Source of the DNA: a virus
Taxonomy: Duplodnaviria > Caudoviricetes
DNA length: 52,044 nucleotides
Virus record (IMG/VR): IMGVR_UViG_3300028835_000313
Location: 1-52,044 of that record
Reading direction: 5' to 3' (one strand)
Within the stretch, counting starts at the first letter, position 1. The number at the start of each line of letters is the position of its first letter. Below the pieces are notes generated by a model, which had not been told where the DNA came from, made no database searches, and worked only from the letters and a program-made list of their open reading frames with translations. Positions 37,927 to 47,982 of this stretch are shown here, piece after piece. The position numbers were made by a program, and so were the translations under genes.

Positions 37927-39169
37927 TATACAATAGTTTTAGTTTCTGATAGTTCTATTTTTCATTCTCAAATTTACGAAATGCCAATATTGATAAAATA
38001 TCAAACTTTAAAAAAGACCATGGTTGTTTTAGTCTTTTTGCTTCCTCTGACATTCGTTTATATTGCACTCCTTGTTGATAATTAATAGAGCTTCGTTTTT
38101 TAGGAGTCATTAGAGATTCTTTACATTCTCCTATTCCTTGATAGTTATGATTTGAACAGTTCATAGTACAAAGTTATTATCTGTTTCGTTAAAATCAAAA
38201 TAGAAGCCGTTTGAAGTGTTATGATCCTTCAATAAACCAGCATAATATCCTTTCATTCTTTTATTTGCATCGCACATAGATTTTCTCCAAGATTCTGCAT
38301 GTTTTCTCATCTCGTTTCAGTAAAATAGTGGTTAATATAAATCGGTTGCCCTATTATGTTTACTCCTATGTAGTTAGTTAGTTGCATCCATTTAATTTTT
38401 TAATAATAATATTTAATTTTTCTTCATCCCGAATCAGCCTCATTTGTTTACCTATTCCAATGTAATGAATAGTTAATTTACGTTCTTCTTCAGTAAGAAT
38501 ATCTTTTATGTTGAAACCATTAATTGCTCTGTATGATGCAATTGCTGCCTTTAAATATCCAAGCGATGTTCGTTGATCCTGATTATTTTTGCCTTCATGC
38601 TTCTCTATATAATCGAGAGCCATTTTAGCAATTTTCTTTTTTAGTTTTTTCATTTTATTTAGTTTTAGTTCCACATATAACCAGGCAATTCATCAACACG
38701 AAAAATTACTTCCATGAAAAACAGAACTTCCATTTTTACCCTCAAAATTATCTCGTCACTATCGAAGATAATATATCCAAATTCCTGTATGTAAGTTTCT
38801 TTTGTCATTTCTTTAGAATATCGCAGGGTGTAGGGACTATCCTGTTGCATTTATTGTCCCGATTCTATGCTTAATGTACACTCCACATAGCGCAACATTT
38901 ACACCCTGCCATACAATTTGCTCCATCTCAGGGAATCGAACCCCATCCTTAACACGGTCAAAAATAAAATTAAGCACTATTTTTATTTCTTTCGATATTA
39001 AGGTAGTCCACTTTTCAGTATACCGTCATATACTTAATTGGTTACTATATGGAATATTTATATTTTAATGAACTTTTTAAAACAAAGTGCGGCTGATTAG
39101 TGATTACCGCACTTTGTAAATCAACTAAATCTAAACTTAACTTATGAAAAAACCTATTACAAATATAGT

Positions 39170-39448
39170 TTATTTATTCTTATAAAACTCAACCTCAGAT
39201 TCTAATCGTTTGATTTCTTCGTTTTTAACGCTTAGTTCAACCTGGTGAATCCTTTCTGTCACTTCTTCTTTAAACTGGTCGTATTCTCTGTGCATTTCGC
39301 TCTGCCGGTCGATCCATTTAGTTTGACGTTGATCTATTACCGGAACTTTCTTTACTTCGACTATTAGCCAAATAATAGCCGATGCCAAAGCAATGAGCAT
39401 GGAAGGAGTTGCAAACTTGGAAACCAATGTATTGACTTTCTGTTCCAT
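39170..39448 (-). CDS. Single-TM coiled-coil protein
   Basis: TM helix and heptad C-terminus; own promoter element at 39453 and a hairpin at 39081-39116. Confidence 0.6.
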   Translation of the reverse strand: MEQKVNTLVSKFATPSMLIALASAIIWLIVEVKKVPVIDQRQTKWIDRQSEMHREYDQFKEEVTERIHQVELSVKNEEIKRLESEVEFYKNK

Positions 39449-39468
39449 TTAGCAAATATAGTTATTAT

Positions 39469-39915
39469 TTACAATTCTACATTTTGAAGTTCAAGTTCTC
39501 CGTTGGTTGCTTCGGCTAATGTATGTAATGTTGGATTATCGTCTTTCCAATAAGAGAGCTGATAATTAATACCAAATTCAACATTAATCGTTCTATCATC
39601 TTCTAAATACTCACTCTCTTTAAATATAACTTTCCTTTCAGCTTCTTGCCATAATTCTAAATCGTAAATATAATTTTCTGTAAGCAAGTACTTTGGCAAC
39701 TTATGTGACGTTAAATCATCTTCATTTGGTTTCTCCAATTCATTAACAAACATTTCCTTTTTAATAGGCTCTTTAAGGAATTCATTATAACGATGAATCA
39801 CCTTCAAATTATTTACAAAAAATTCATCTATTGAATATCCATCATAGGGATCAAATTCTAATGATTTCACAAAGTCAACAAATTGAGACAGTTTATAAAG
39901 TTTTTCTATTTTCAT
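39469..39915 (-). CDS. Hypothetical protein
   Basis: ORF. Confidence 0.6.
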   Translation of the reverse strand: MKIEKLYKLSQFVDFVKSLEFDPYDGYSIDEFFVNNLKVIHRYNEFLKEPIKKEMFVNELEKPNEDDLTSHKLPKYLLTENYIYDLELWQEAERKVIFKESEYLEDDRTINVEFGINYQLSYWKDDNPTLHTLAEATNGELELQNVEL

Positions 39916-39916
39916 A

Positions 39917-40192
39917 TTAAATCCAATTAACCCAATTCATATACCAAACTATTTCAGCAATAGCCAGTATAATTACTATTCCCTGTATAGCCCAAAACGC
40001 TGCCTGCGTTTGTGGTATAAAACCAGACTTCCAGTTAAGATAAAACGTCTGGTTAAGTCCATTTGCTGCCTTTGCTGCTTTACTTGCAGTATCGCCTAAT
40101 CTCCTGACTGTTTTAGAAAATTCATCTATTTGTTTAGTAGTATCAACAATTCCTTTTTTGGTTCTTATTTTCATTTTGTTTGTTTTAGCCAT
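39917..40192 (-). CDS. Membrane protein
   Basis: C-terminal TM helix. Confidence 0.55.
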   Translation of the reverse strand: MAKTNKMKIRTKKGIVDTTKQIDEFSKTVRRLGDTASKAAKAANGLNQTFYLNWKSGFIPQTQAAFWAIQGIVIILAIAEIVWYMNWVNWI

Positions 40193-40509
40193 TTTAATAA
40201 TCCTACTATGTCGTTTGGGTCTTTCACAAAATAATATTTAAATGGATCAAATTTAACCACCTTCTTATAAGTATATTTATATCCTTTACCTTCAAATGGA
40301 ATTGCTTCAAGAGTATCTTTTTTACAATGCTCTACCCATCTTTCAATATCTTCTATTGTTATGGGTGTTTCAATAATACCTACGAGAGTGCCACAAGTAT
40401 CACAACCACCAACATCAAGTATTTTGTCAGACAGTCCATCAAATTGAGCTACTTGTCCAAAGCATTGAACAGTTAATACTATGGCTAAAAATGTAAGTAG
40501 TGTTTTCAT
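40171..40509 (-). CDS. Exported hypothetical protein
   Basis: Signal peptide MKTLLTFLAIVLTVQCFG. Confidence 0.65.
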   Translation of the reverse strand: MKTLLTFLAIVLTVQCFGQVAQFDGLSDKILDVGGCDTCGTLVGIIETPITIEDIERWVEHCKKDTLEAIPFEGKGYKYTYKKVVKFDPFKYYFVKDPNDIVGLLKWLKQTK

Positions 40510-40805
40510 CGCTGACTCTTGGTAAATATTTTAATTATTCCACTGTCGGGGTGTTGGTATATAACCATGGCAATTACCTGCTCATTGTCATAGGATTCTC
40601 CGGCTTTTGCTAATTTTGTTTTAAAGTTTTCAGAGTCGTACACAACTAAGGAACCTGATTTAAATTCAGAAGTATTTAATCCGGTTATTTCTACTCCTGT
40701 CTCTGTGTCAATTCCTGATACCTTCCCAAATATGCTATCATATCCAATTAATGGACATGAAAATCCAATAATAACCCCAATTGCAATTGTAATTAGTTTT
40801 TTCAT
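40506..40805 (-). CDS. Exported protein or lipoprotein
   Basis: MKKLITIAIGVIIGFSC. Confidence 0.6.
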   Translation of the reverse strand: MKKLITIAIGVIIGFSCPLIGYDSIFGKVSGIDTETGVEITGLNTSEFKSGSLVVYDSENFKTKLAKAGESYDNEQVIAMVIYQHPDSGIIKIFTKSQR

Positions 40806-41233
40806 TTGAACTGTTTTTGTTTTTCAAAATAATATAACATTGAATCTTTGTAGGATTCTACTTTATTAAGATCAATATACATATATTTCCATGTTGAATC
40901 ATTAAAATCCATAAATCTGTCGTGGTAATATGACCATAGTTTAAATGCTTTTCTTGATGAATCAAGTTTAGCATAAAAAATACTATCTGATGCTTTCCCT
41001 TCTATTAATTGCACATCTTCTTCTAAATCAAATGAAAGTGTATGATTAAAAGTATCAACAAAAAATACATAAGTTGAATCATCCTCATTTTCTAATTGTC
41101 CAGATATTGTTTTTTCATTAGATTCAACATCAAAAGTAAAAGTTCTATTATCTTCTGATATAACTGTTTCTGATTTCTTGTCATTGCATCCAATAACAAT
41201 CAGAATTAATAAAAGTGTAAGTAGTAGTTTCAT
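40802..41233 (-). CDS. Lipoprotein
   Basis: MKLLLTLLLILIVIGC lipobox. Confidence 0.7.
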   Translation of the reverse strand: MKLLLTLLLILIVIGCNDKKSETVISEDNRTFTFDVESNEKTISGQLENEDDSTYVFFVDTFNHTLSFDLEEDVQLIEGKASDSIFYAKLDSSRKAFKLWSYYHDRFMDFNDSTWKYMYIDLNKVESYKDSMLYYFEKQKQFK

Positions 41234-41706
41234 TTGTTTAAAGTGTTTAGATTCTTAATCGTGACAGATTTTGTGTAAATTGTATCAAATGTAACAGTAA
41301 TATTTTCTTTTATATATCCACACCTATAACATTTACTTGATTTTACGGTTTTAGTTTCTATTACTGAATACCCATCATAATCAATTAATGTTGTTTGGGG
41401 CATAAGAATATCTAATGAACTAAGCCTACGCCATGAACTAATTCTATTATTAAAATATTTTGCATCATTTAGTCTTGATAATTCAGTTTCACAAAATTCA
41501 TAAATATGCCCTCTTTCATTGCATATTAATTCCATTTTAGGAATTAGAAGATTGATTTCATTATCAATACTGTCCATCAGTTCACTAATCAAACGACTAT
41601 TTGTTGATTCATAAGATTCATAGTTAAATAATACTGGATCAACTTGTTTCTGGTTGCTGCATCCAAACGATGCGATAATAAGTAAAAGTGTAATTAGTTT
41701 TTTCAT
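41230..41706 (-). CDS. Lipoprotein
   Basis: MKKLITLLLIIASFGC lipobox. Confidence 0.7.
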   Translation of the reverse strand: MKKLITLLLIIASFGCSNQKQVDPVLFNYESYESTNSRLISELMDSIDNEINLLIPKMELICNERGHIYEFCETELSRLNDAKYFNNRISSWRRLSSLDILMPQTTLIDYDGYSVIETKTVKSSKCYRCGYIKENITVTFDTIYTKSVTIKNLNTLNK

Positions 41707-41708
41707 TT

Positions 41709-42191
41709 TTATTTGCTTAATAAGTTTTTGTCTTGATGGATGTTGCCGATTACTTCAATATATCCATGTTTCCCAGCAAATATTGAATCATGATAAATTT
41801 CACTATATTTTTCACTTTTAAAAGCAATGCAAAATCTATCTTCATCATACTCAATAGTACCTATTCTGGCTATATCAATAAGATACTGATTAAGAGTTCT
41901 TTTGTCTTTTTCTGGCTTACTCATCCAGTCCGTATAAAGTATTCTAACAATATCACCTTCATAAATTTCTTTGCCATTCTTATCTTTAAGTCCGGTGAAT
42001 TGTCCTACTGTTTCGTGTATTATGCCGTGATACATATTAATGGTATCTCCGCACGGATCTTGCATCGTTGGTGGACAATCAATTGTTTCTACAATTACTA
42101 ATCCTGAATCAGAAACAGAATACATTAACATTCCATAAAACATTAGATTAGTTTTTCTTGATACACCTCTAAATTTAATTTCCCTTTTCAT
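41709..42191 (-). CDS. YopX-family protein
   Basis: REIKFRG...VGQFTGLKDKNGKEIYEGDIV...EVIGNIH. Confidence 0.9.
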   Translation of the reverse strand: MKREIKFRGVSRKTNLMFYGMLMYSVSDSGLVIVETIDCPPTMQDPCGDTINMYHGIIHETVGQFTGLKDKNGKEIYEGDIVRILYTDWMSKPEKDKRTLNQYLIDIARIGTIEYDEDRFCIAFKSEKYSEIYHDSIFAGKHGYIEVIGNIHQDKNLLSK

Positions 42192-42386
42192 TTTTTAAGA
42201 TTTAGTTTCATGTAATTTATTTTTTTGGTAACTTTTACAGTTTTTTAAATTCCCATACCATTGATTATAAGCACTCTATCTCATAATTTCGGAAACTTTT
42301 TTGTGAAATTTATTTTAAAGTTGCCGATTTTGCCATATTTCAGCAATGATTTATGCATTGAAGAAAGCATTTTTTTGTGGTGTCAG

Positions 42387-42800
42387 TCATTTTTTAATAG
42401 TCAATTCTTTTCCGGTTAATGCGAAGTATAGGTTTTGTAATTGGTGAACGTATTTATATGTTCTGTCAAGATTATGTCTTTCGTCCGATGTATTCAATTC
42501 TAATTCAAATCCATCCAGAATTAGATATATCCAACAATCATCATTTTCATAGTGAAAGAAATCAACTTTAAAATGTTTTGTATTTTCTCTTACTTTTTTA
42601 AACCCAAACTTCACCAACCATTCTTCTGTTAATAGAATAGGAGTACAGGATTCAACATATTCGGTCATTGGATGAACCTCTTTCCCTTCTATTTCCATCT
42701 TGCAACATGCCTTATTTATTGATTCCCACCAATCCAGTTTCAATAATTTACCTGCCCTGTCATTAAAATAATTCCCGATTCTTAATTCATTTGCTTGCAT
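42387..42800 (-). CDS. Hypothetical phage protein, paralog of 7122..7505
   Basis: ELRIGNY...PILLTEEWLVKFGF...YVHQLQNLYFALTGKEL. Confidence 0.75.
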   Translation of the reverse strand: MQANELRIGNYFNDRAGKLLKLDWWESINKACCKMEIEGKEVHPMTEYVESCTPILLTEEWLVKFGFKKVRENTKHFKVDFFHYENDDCWIYLILDGFELELNTSDERHNLDRTYKYVHQLQNLYFALTGKELTIKK

Positions 42801-43123
42801 ATCATTTTTCTAAAGTTAATCTTCTAATCCAATACTGGCCCCGATATAGATGAGGCAATTTCCTACGCTTCAAATAATACCATGAAAATCCATTATTTTC
42901 ACAACAATGTTTTAAGTTCCTGTATTTATACTCTTTCCCATTCCCATCGGTTAATATGATATCAGATTGTCTTTTGCTCATCCATACAAAGGTATATATA
43001 TTATTCTGAATATTTACACCTTTATGACAATTATTTTATGTTTTTAAACATACCCTATCCTAATGCTAATTTGAATTGATTTATTTAGTTTTGGGGCATA
43101 CTAAAAATTTAACATTTAAAATT

Positions 43124-43561
43124 ATGAAACACTTATTTCACTTAATTACAATCTTTTTTATCATGCATGAAATATATTGGATAATAAGTCCTAAAAAGCA
43201 TGTTAAAGCAACAAAGAAAATACGTAAATTAAACAAGCAGCACAAAGGTAAGAAATGGGATGAATACACCGAAGATTATAAGGATCTTTTTATCAAAAAA
43301 GGATTACCTTCATTGTTATTTTTTGTATGGATGATAGTAGGTGTATTGTCATTTAATTGGATACTATTCTTAGCTATGCTAATTTTTAACGTAGGATTTA
43401 TTAATTTAATTTCAAAACCTTTTAGATATAATAATATCTACGTTGCTATACACTGGATTAATTCTATAATTGGATTTATGTTTGGTGTATTTGTTTTAAT
43501 TAATTCATATCATTTAAAGATAGATACTTTTGAATTTGTAAAACAACTATTAGGATTTTAA
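43124..43561 (+). CDS. Multi-pass membrane protein at the divergence point
   Basis: Four hydrophobic segments; ATG at 43124. Confidence 0.65.
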   Translation: MKHLFHLITIFFIMHEIYWIISPKKHVKATKKIRKLNKQHKGKKWDEYTEDYKDLFIKKGLPSLLFFVWMIVGVLSFNWILFLAMLIFNVGFINLISKPFRYNNIYVAIHWINSIIGFMFGVFVLINSYHLKIDTFEFVKQLLGF

Positions 43562-43595
43562 TTTGCTTTTGATTGATTAATTTCGTTACTTTGCA

Positions 43596-43710
43596 ATAAG
43601 GTGAATTTAGAATTTGGACATATCAGTGTATTTACTCAAATTTTCTCAACAGCGGTTGAGCTAATTTCACCTTATATATCGCCCGTGCCTTACTCGTACG
43701 GGCTTTTTTT
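43596..43710 (+). ncRNA. Promoter-hairpin-terminator unit 1 (candidate sRNA or attenuator)
   Basis: TACTTTGC at 43587; ATAAGGTGAA...TTCACCTTAT stem; GCCCGT...ACGGGC-T7. Confidence 0.5.
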
Positions 43711-44054
43711 GTATATAGGTGTTCAGAGATGTTTTTTTAATTCCAGTTAATCAATAACCATATTACACTGGTTATGATCGAATACAGTATAAAAAGACTT
43801 AGAACAGATACAACGTGCAGATGTTAAATCATTCACTTAAATACAAAGTAGTTCGTTCTACGACTTATGAGCCTTTGTAGCCACGTTGAACTCAGAACTC
43901 ATTATACTGAGAATATAGGTGTGAGTTAAGTTATTCTCTTATAAGGGGAAGGGGATGACTTAACTTTTCACACCAGTTGAATCTTGAATCTATTACCAAA
44001 GAATGCTATACAACATACTCTAAAATTATATAGTTTAATTAGTTTGAATTAATT

Positions 44055-44082
44055 TGCAAGGGTATAAAGAAAAAGAAATGTC
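44055..44082 (+). repeat. 28-bp dispersed repeat, copy 1
   Basis: 27/28 identical to 48934-48961. Confidence 0.9.
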
Positions 44083-44120
44083 AAAGAACGAAAATATTAA
44101 CTAAAAATACAAAAAATAAA

Positions 44121-44387
44121 ATGGATAATAAGTACAAATGTAATCTTTGTGGAAAAATAGTAAGCAGAGATTCAAACAAGAAATGGATTAAATCAATGTG
44201 TGATGAAACTGGCAAAACAGGAAGGTTAATGAAGATTGAATTTAATGATAAACTTGTAACTAAACTATGTAACGAGTACCTACCAAAAGGCATAGATTTG
44301 ACTACATTTAATAACAGTGAGAAATTACATTTAAAAATGGCTTTCGAGCAAGGCGCAAGAGTAATGATGAATATGGTTAAGCCTTAG
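44121..44387 (+). CDS. Hypothetical protein
   Basis: CNLC N-terminus. Confidence 0.6.
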   Translation: MDNKYKCNLCGKIVSRDSNKKWIKSMCDETGKTGRLMKIEFNDKLVTKLCNEYLPKGIDLTTFNNSEKLHLKMAFEQGARVMMNMVKP

Positions 44388-44528
44388 ATTTAGTGTAACC
44401 TTAGCTCAAAAAGATACATTTCTAGGTATTAGAATATAAACACTTAAATAAAACAAAAATATGATAAAAGTCATTGTTTGTTTATTGTAGCTCATATAAT
44501 TTTACACTGAACTTAAAAATTAATTATT

Positions 44529-45086
44529 ATGATTACAGTTATTAAAATTACAGACAAGAAAATCTATAATAAAAATGTAGTAAGCGTTGATACATCAATG
44601 TTAGAATCTTTTAATGGTAAGATAATTATCAAAATAAAAGATAAAGATCCATTAATCATTGACAAAGAACACAATCCAGGTGAGTATAAAAAGAAATATG
44701 GATTTACTCTCATAATAGTAAAAACAATCTTTGAAGAATTAAATGATAACAAAATATGTTATTCGGTATGTGTTTCAAAAACTGCATTGAGATTTGGCAG
44801 GGGTGTAGGTTCTTCAAATTATACAGATAGGGACTATTTTATAGTTGCATGTAGTACCGAGGAATACTTAAAAAAAGAAACTGGTAAAGGTGATAGATTT
44901 AAGTTTAATTTCGTCAAAAATGAAAATGAATTAAACGCAATTGAATATACATTAAATGACAATGAAATTGATATATTCAAATCTATTCAGAATGATTTTG
45001 TAAAAGTACTTCATAATTCAGAAGGTAGGGTTTATGAGCTTAAAGGCAACTCATTTAAGGAATATTACAAAAGAGTTTCTAGGTAG
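44529..45086 (+). CDS. Hypothetical protein
   Basis: ORF flanked by a TTTCTAGGTA repeat. Confidence 0.65.
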   Translation: MITVIKITDKKIYNKNVVSVDTSMLESFNGKIIIKIKDKDPLIIDKEHNPGEYKKKYGFTLIIVKTIFEELNDNKICYSVCVSKTALRFGRGVGSSNYTDRDYFIVACSTEEYLKKETGKGDRFKFNFVKNENELNAIEYTLNDNEIDIFKSIQNDFVKVLHNSEGRVYELKGNSFKEYYKRVSR

Positions 45087-45145
45087 TAGTAAATAACTTA
45101 AATATTTAATTCCCAAACGTGTTAAACAATTTAAAAACTTGCAAA

Positions 45146-45529
45146 ATGATAACAATAGATAATTTTTGGGATTACACTTTCGCAGTATGGGAGGAATTCG
45201 ATTTTGATCCAGAAAATACTGCGTGTAAGTTAATAGGCGAGAGCAAAGATGGTTCTAAATATTACACTGACAATGTAGTTGGCACTAAAGATATTAGTAT
45301 ATATCGCGTTTCAGACCATTGGGGCGGCGGTATAGGAACTTGTAATTGGTATTTGAATGGATACGAACCATGTAATAGTTATTCATTTAAAGAAGAGCAT
45401 GAGGGCGCGCAGTTTGTAGGAATAATTGGTCTAAGCCAATTTCAAGAAATGAATTTTAAAAATTGGTGGCATAAGGATAAAAAAGATGAAGATATTAGGG
45501 AATGGGAATATACTTGTAAGGATGATTAA
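45146..45529 (+). CDS. Hypothetical protein
   Basis: YRVSDHWG...CNW motif. Confidence 0.65.
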   Translation: MITIDNFWDYTFAVWEEFDFDPENTACKLIGESKDGSKYYTDNVVGTKDISIYRVSDHWGGGIGTCNWYLNGYEPCNSYSFKEEHEGAQFVGIIGLSQFQEMNFKNWWHKDKKDEDIREWEYTCKDD

Positions 45530-45935
45530 CATCTCACAGTTTCCTGCAAGCTCTGTGGGATTACTAACCGGCTATCGTAACTGAAGCCGGTTTTCGCAGT
45601 AGGACACTAAAGCTTTTTGAAATGAAAACAAACCCATTTGTTGACCTGGATTTATCCGGTTGGTTATTAGACGAAGAATCCTTAAAAAGGATTGAAGAAA
45701 TAAGATGGATTCATAGGAGACTTAAATTTTTAGATAATATTAAGATTGGAAGTAATGAAAAATCAAAAGCGTGAACCAGTTACTAAACGACATTTAATCT
45801 TAGCAATTATACTATTTCTGTTTTTAGTAATAGGAATACCTGTTATTGTAAAGTTGATTAATTGGTTGTTTCCGGTTATTTAACGGTCTGTGCATGTTTA
45901 GTTGCATAAGTTACAAATAAAATAAAATAATAAAA

Positions 45936-46166
45936 ATGGATTTAGAGGAAAAGTATAAAGAAGAAACTGGCTTCAATGTTGGTAAAATACACGACATTGG
46001 AACTACGTATTATAGCAATGACTATGTAGAATGGTTGGAAAAGCAATTAAATATGCACTTTGTTAGCAATAGCGAAGCGAAGTGTTGCGAACCTGCTCCA
46101 AAATTTGCATTAGGAACGATATGTCCAATTTGCAATCGTCCATGTAGAATAGTGAATCTAACGTGA
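45936..46166 (+). CDS. Chimeric-looking small protein with Cys-rich C-module
   Basis: GTT junction at 46062; CC...CPIC..PC. Confidence 0.6.
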   Translation: MDLEEKYKEETGFNVGKIHDIGTTYYSNDYVEWLEKQLNMHFVSNSEAKCCEPAPKFALGTICPICNRPCRIVNLT

Positions 46167-46756
46167 ACAACATTATTACTAACTTTAAAGATATAAGTCT
46201 ACGGGGTGACTTTAATAGAAATGGCAGATTTAAAAGACTTTAAGGGTAAAAGAGAAGATAATTATACAGAAGATTATCCAGAAATATACGATAAAAAATG
46301 TGGTATTGAATATTGTATAAAAAAGGATACTTGTAACCAAATACAAATACCAGGAATATTGAAAGAAGAAAAAGTAAAATGTATAAACTATAAAACTGTA
46401 TTAGATGGCTAAATTATCAGATGCCCAAAATAAGGCAATATTTTACGAAATGATGTATGATATTGAAAAACGTAAAAACAAAAAGCTATTAATAATTATA
46501 ATAAGCACGATTGTTTTATGTGTGATGGCTTTTTTATTTTATTGTATATAACTTAAATGTAATGACACTTTTTGTTATACAAAACATTTAAATACTCATG
46601 GAATATCTAATACTAATATTCTGCATTATCGCAGTAGGAGCATTTCTAACCTTTATTTTCTTCCAATGGTTGAAGATTAAGGAAAATTCCAATATTAGAT
46701 CAGAAGATAATGACGGTTTGGCTAAGTTTTGAAGTTTAATGGATAAATAAAATAAA

Positions 46757-47020
46757 ATGATAACAGAATATAAAATAGTAGAAATACTTAAAAAAAATAC
46801 ACAGGAGTATATTAGTGATGGTGAAAACGTAGTATTAACAATAAATTCAGACAATTTAAAAAATCTTAAACAGGACTTAGTTAAACTTTTAAATTTAGCT
46901 ATTGTTACCCAGCATAGCGAACTGTTAAGCGATTTTGCAGACCATTGGAATAAGAATAGTTATGAATTTATGAACGACTTTCACATAAGCGAATATCTAA
47001 AATCGCTTAATTGTGGGTAA
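46757..47020 (+). CDS. Chimeric-looking small protein
   Basis: GTT junction at 46904. Confidence 0.6.
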   Translation: MITEYKIVEILKKNTQEYISDGENVVLTINSDNLKNLKQDLVKLLNLAIVTQHSELLSDFADHWNKNSYEFMNDFHISEYLKSLNCG

Positions 47021-47284
47021 CTATGTTTTATAGCATGTCCGTAAGTGTTTTACGACATATAAATAGTTAGCTTTTATTACTTACTTTGAAATATCAAAAA
47101 CAAAATAATGACTTATCACAGAACATTTAACGAATCAACAGTAGAGTCTTATAAAGAGCCGGAATCAACAGATTGCTCGGAATGTGAGAGCGACATAACT
47201 ACTTATATTAATTGTGTAGGTGGTATTGAAATTCGGAAATGCCATGATTGTGATAATTATTTTGAAGTAGAGGAGGAATAAATT

Positions 47285-47464
47285 ATGAGATATACAATAA
47301 CATTAGACTTTTACGCTTGGGCTGATTCTGACGAAGAAATTAAAAAGCAAGCAAATGATTTAGTTAAAGCAATGAGGGAAAAAGAAGATAACCAGGCAAA
47401 TGTTTTGGAAATACACGAAACACCATTTGCTTCCCTATCTGTACGTAAATTGAATATTAATTAA
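47285..47464 (+). CDS. 59-aa hypothetical protein (not in ORF track)
   Basis: MRYTITLDFYAWADSDEE... Confidence 0.5.
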   Translation: MRYTITLDFYAWADSDEEIKKQANDLVKAMREKEDNQANVLEIHETPFASLSVRKLNIN

Positions 47465-47475
47465 ACTTTATAATT

Positions 47476-47982
47476 ATGGAAAACAAAACTCATTACAGAA
47501 AGGTATTTAAGAGCGATCATTTAGGGGTTGCCGACTTGGAAGATTTAATCGAAGAAAAAAAACGATTAGTATTCACAATCAAACACGTTAAACAAGAATT
47601 TGGCGTAACTGTTGCAGGTCGCAAAGGCGATCATAACATTGCATATTTCAAAGAACCTATCAAGCCATTAGTATTAAATGCGACCAATTCAAAGGTAATG
47701 AAATCTTTTAACAATGGAAGCCCTTTTGTTGAAGATTGGTCTAATACAGTTGTTGAATTATACATTGATCCAAATGTAAAAATGAAAGGTGATATTGTTG
47801 GTGGTGTAAGGATTAAACCAAGTAAACCAACACTTGCAAAACCAAACCTAATACCTGAGAATAAAAAGGTTTGGGATGCTGCAATAGTTTATTTAAAAGG
47901 CGAAGGTACGATTGACAGTATTAAAGGCAAATATAGTATTTCAGCAACCAACGAACAAAAGCTAAAAGATGCCACAATATAG
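47476..47982 (+). CDS. Putative ssDNA-binding/annealing partner of the exonuclease
   Basis: KPLVLNATN...W....VELY...G.RI pattern; overlaps the YqaJ gene. Confidence 0.55.
   Translation: MENKTHYRKVFKSDHLGVADLEDLIEEKKRLVFTIKHVKQEFGVTVAGRKGDHNIAYFKEPIKPLVLNATNSKVMKSFNNGSPFVEDWSNTVVELYIDPNVKMKGDIVGGVRIKPSKPTLAKPNLIPENKKVWDAAIVYLKGEGTIDSIKGKYSISATNEQKLKDATI

Larger units (their letters stand above)
45881..47069 (+). mobile_element. Second array of attC-like, inverted-repeat-bounded modules
   Basis: Arm pairs 45881/46065, 46062/46183, 46711/46907, 46904/47021; compact sites 46547-46579 and 47018-47069. Confidence 0.65.
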
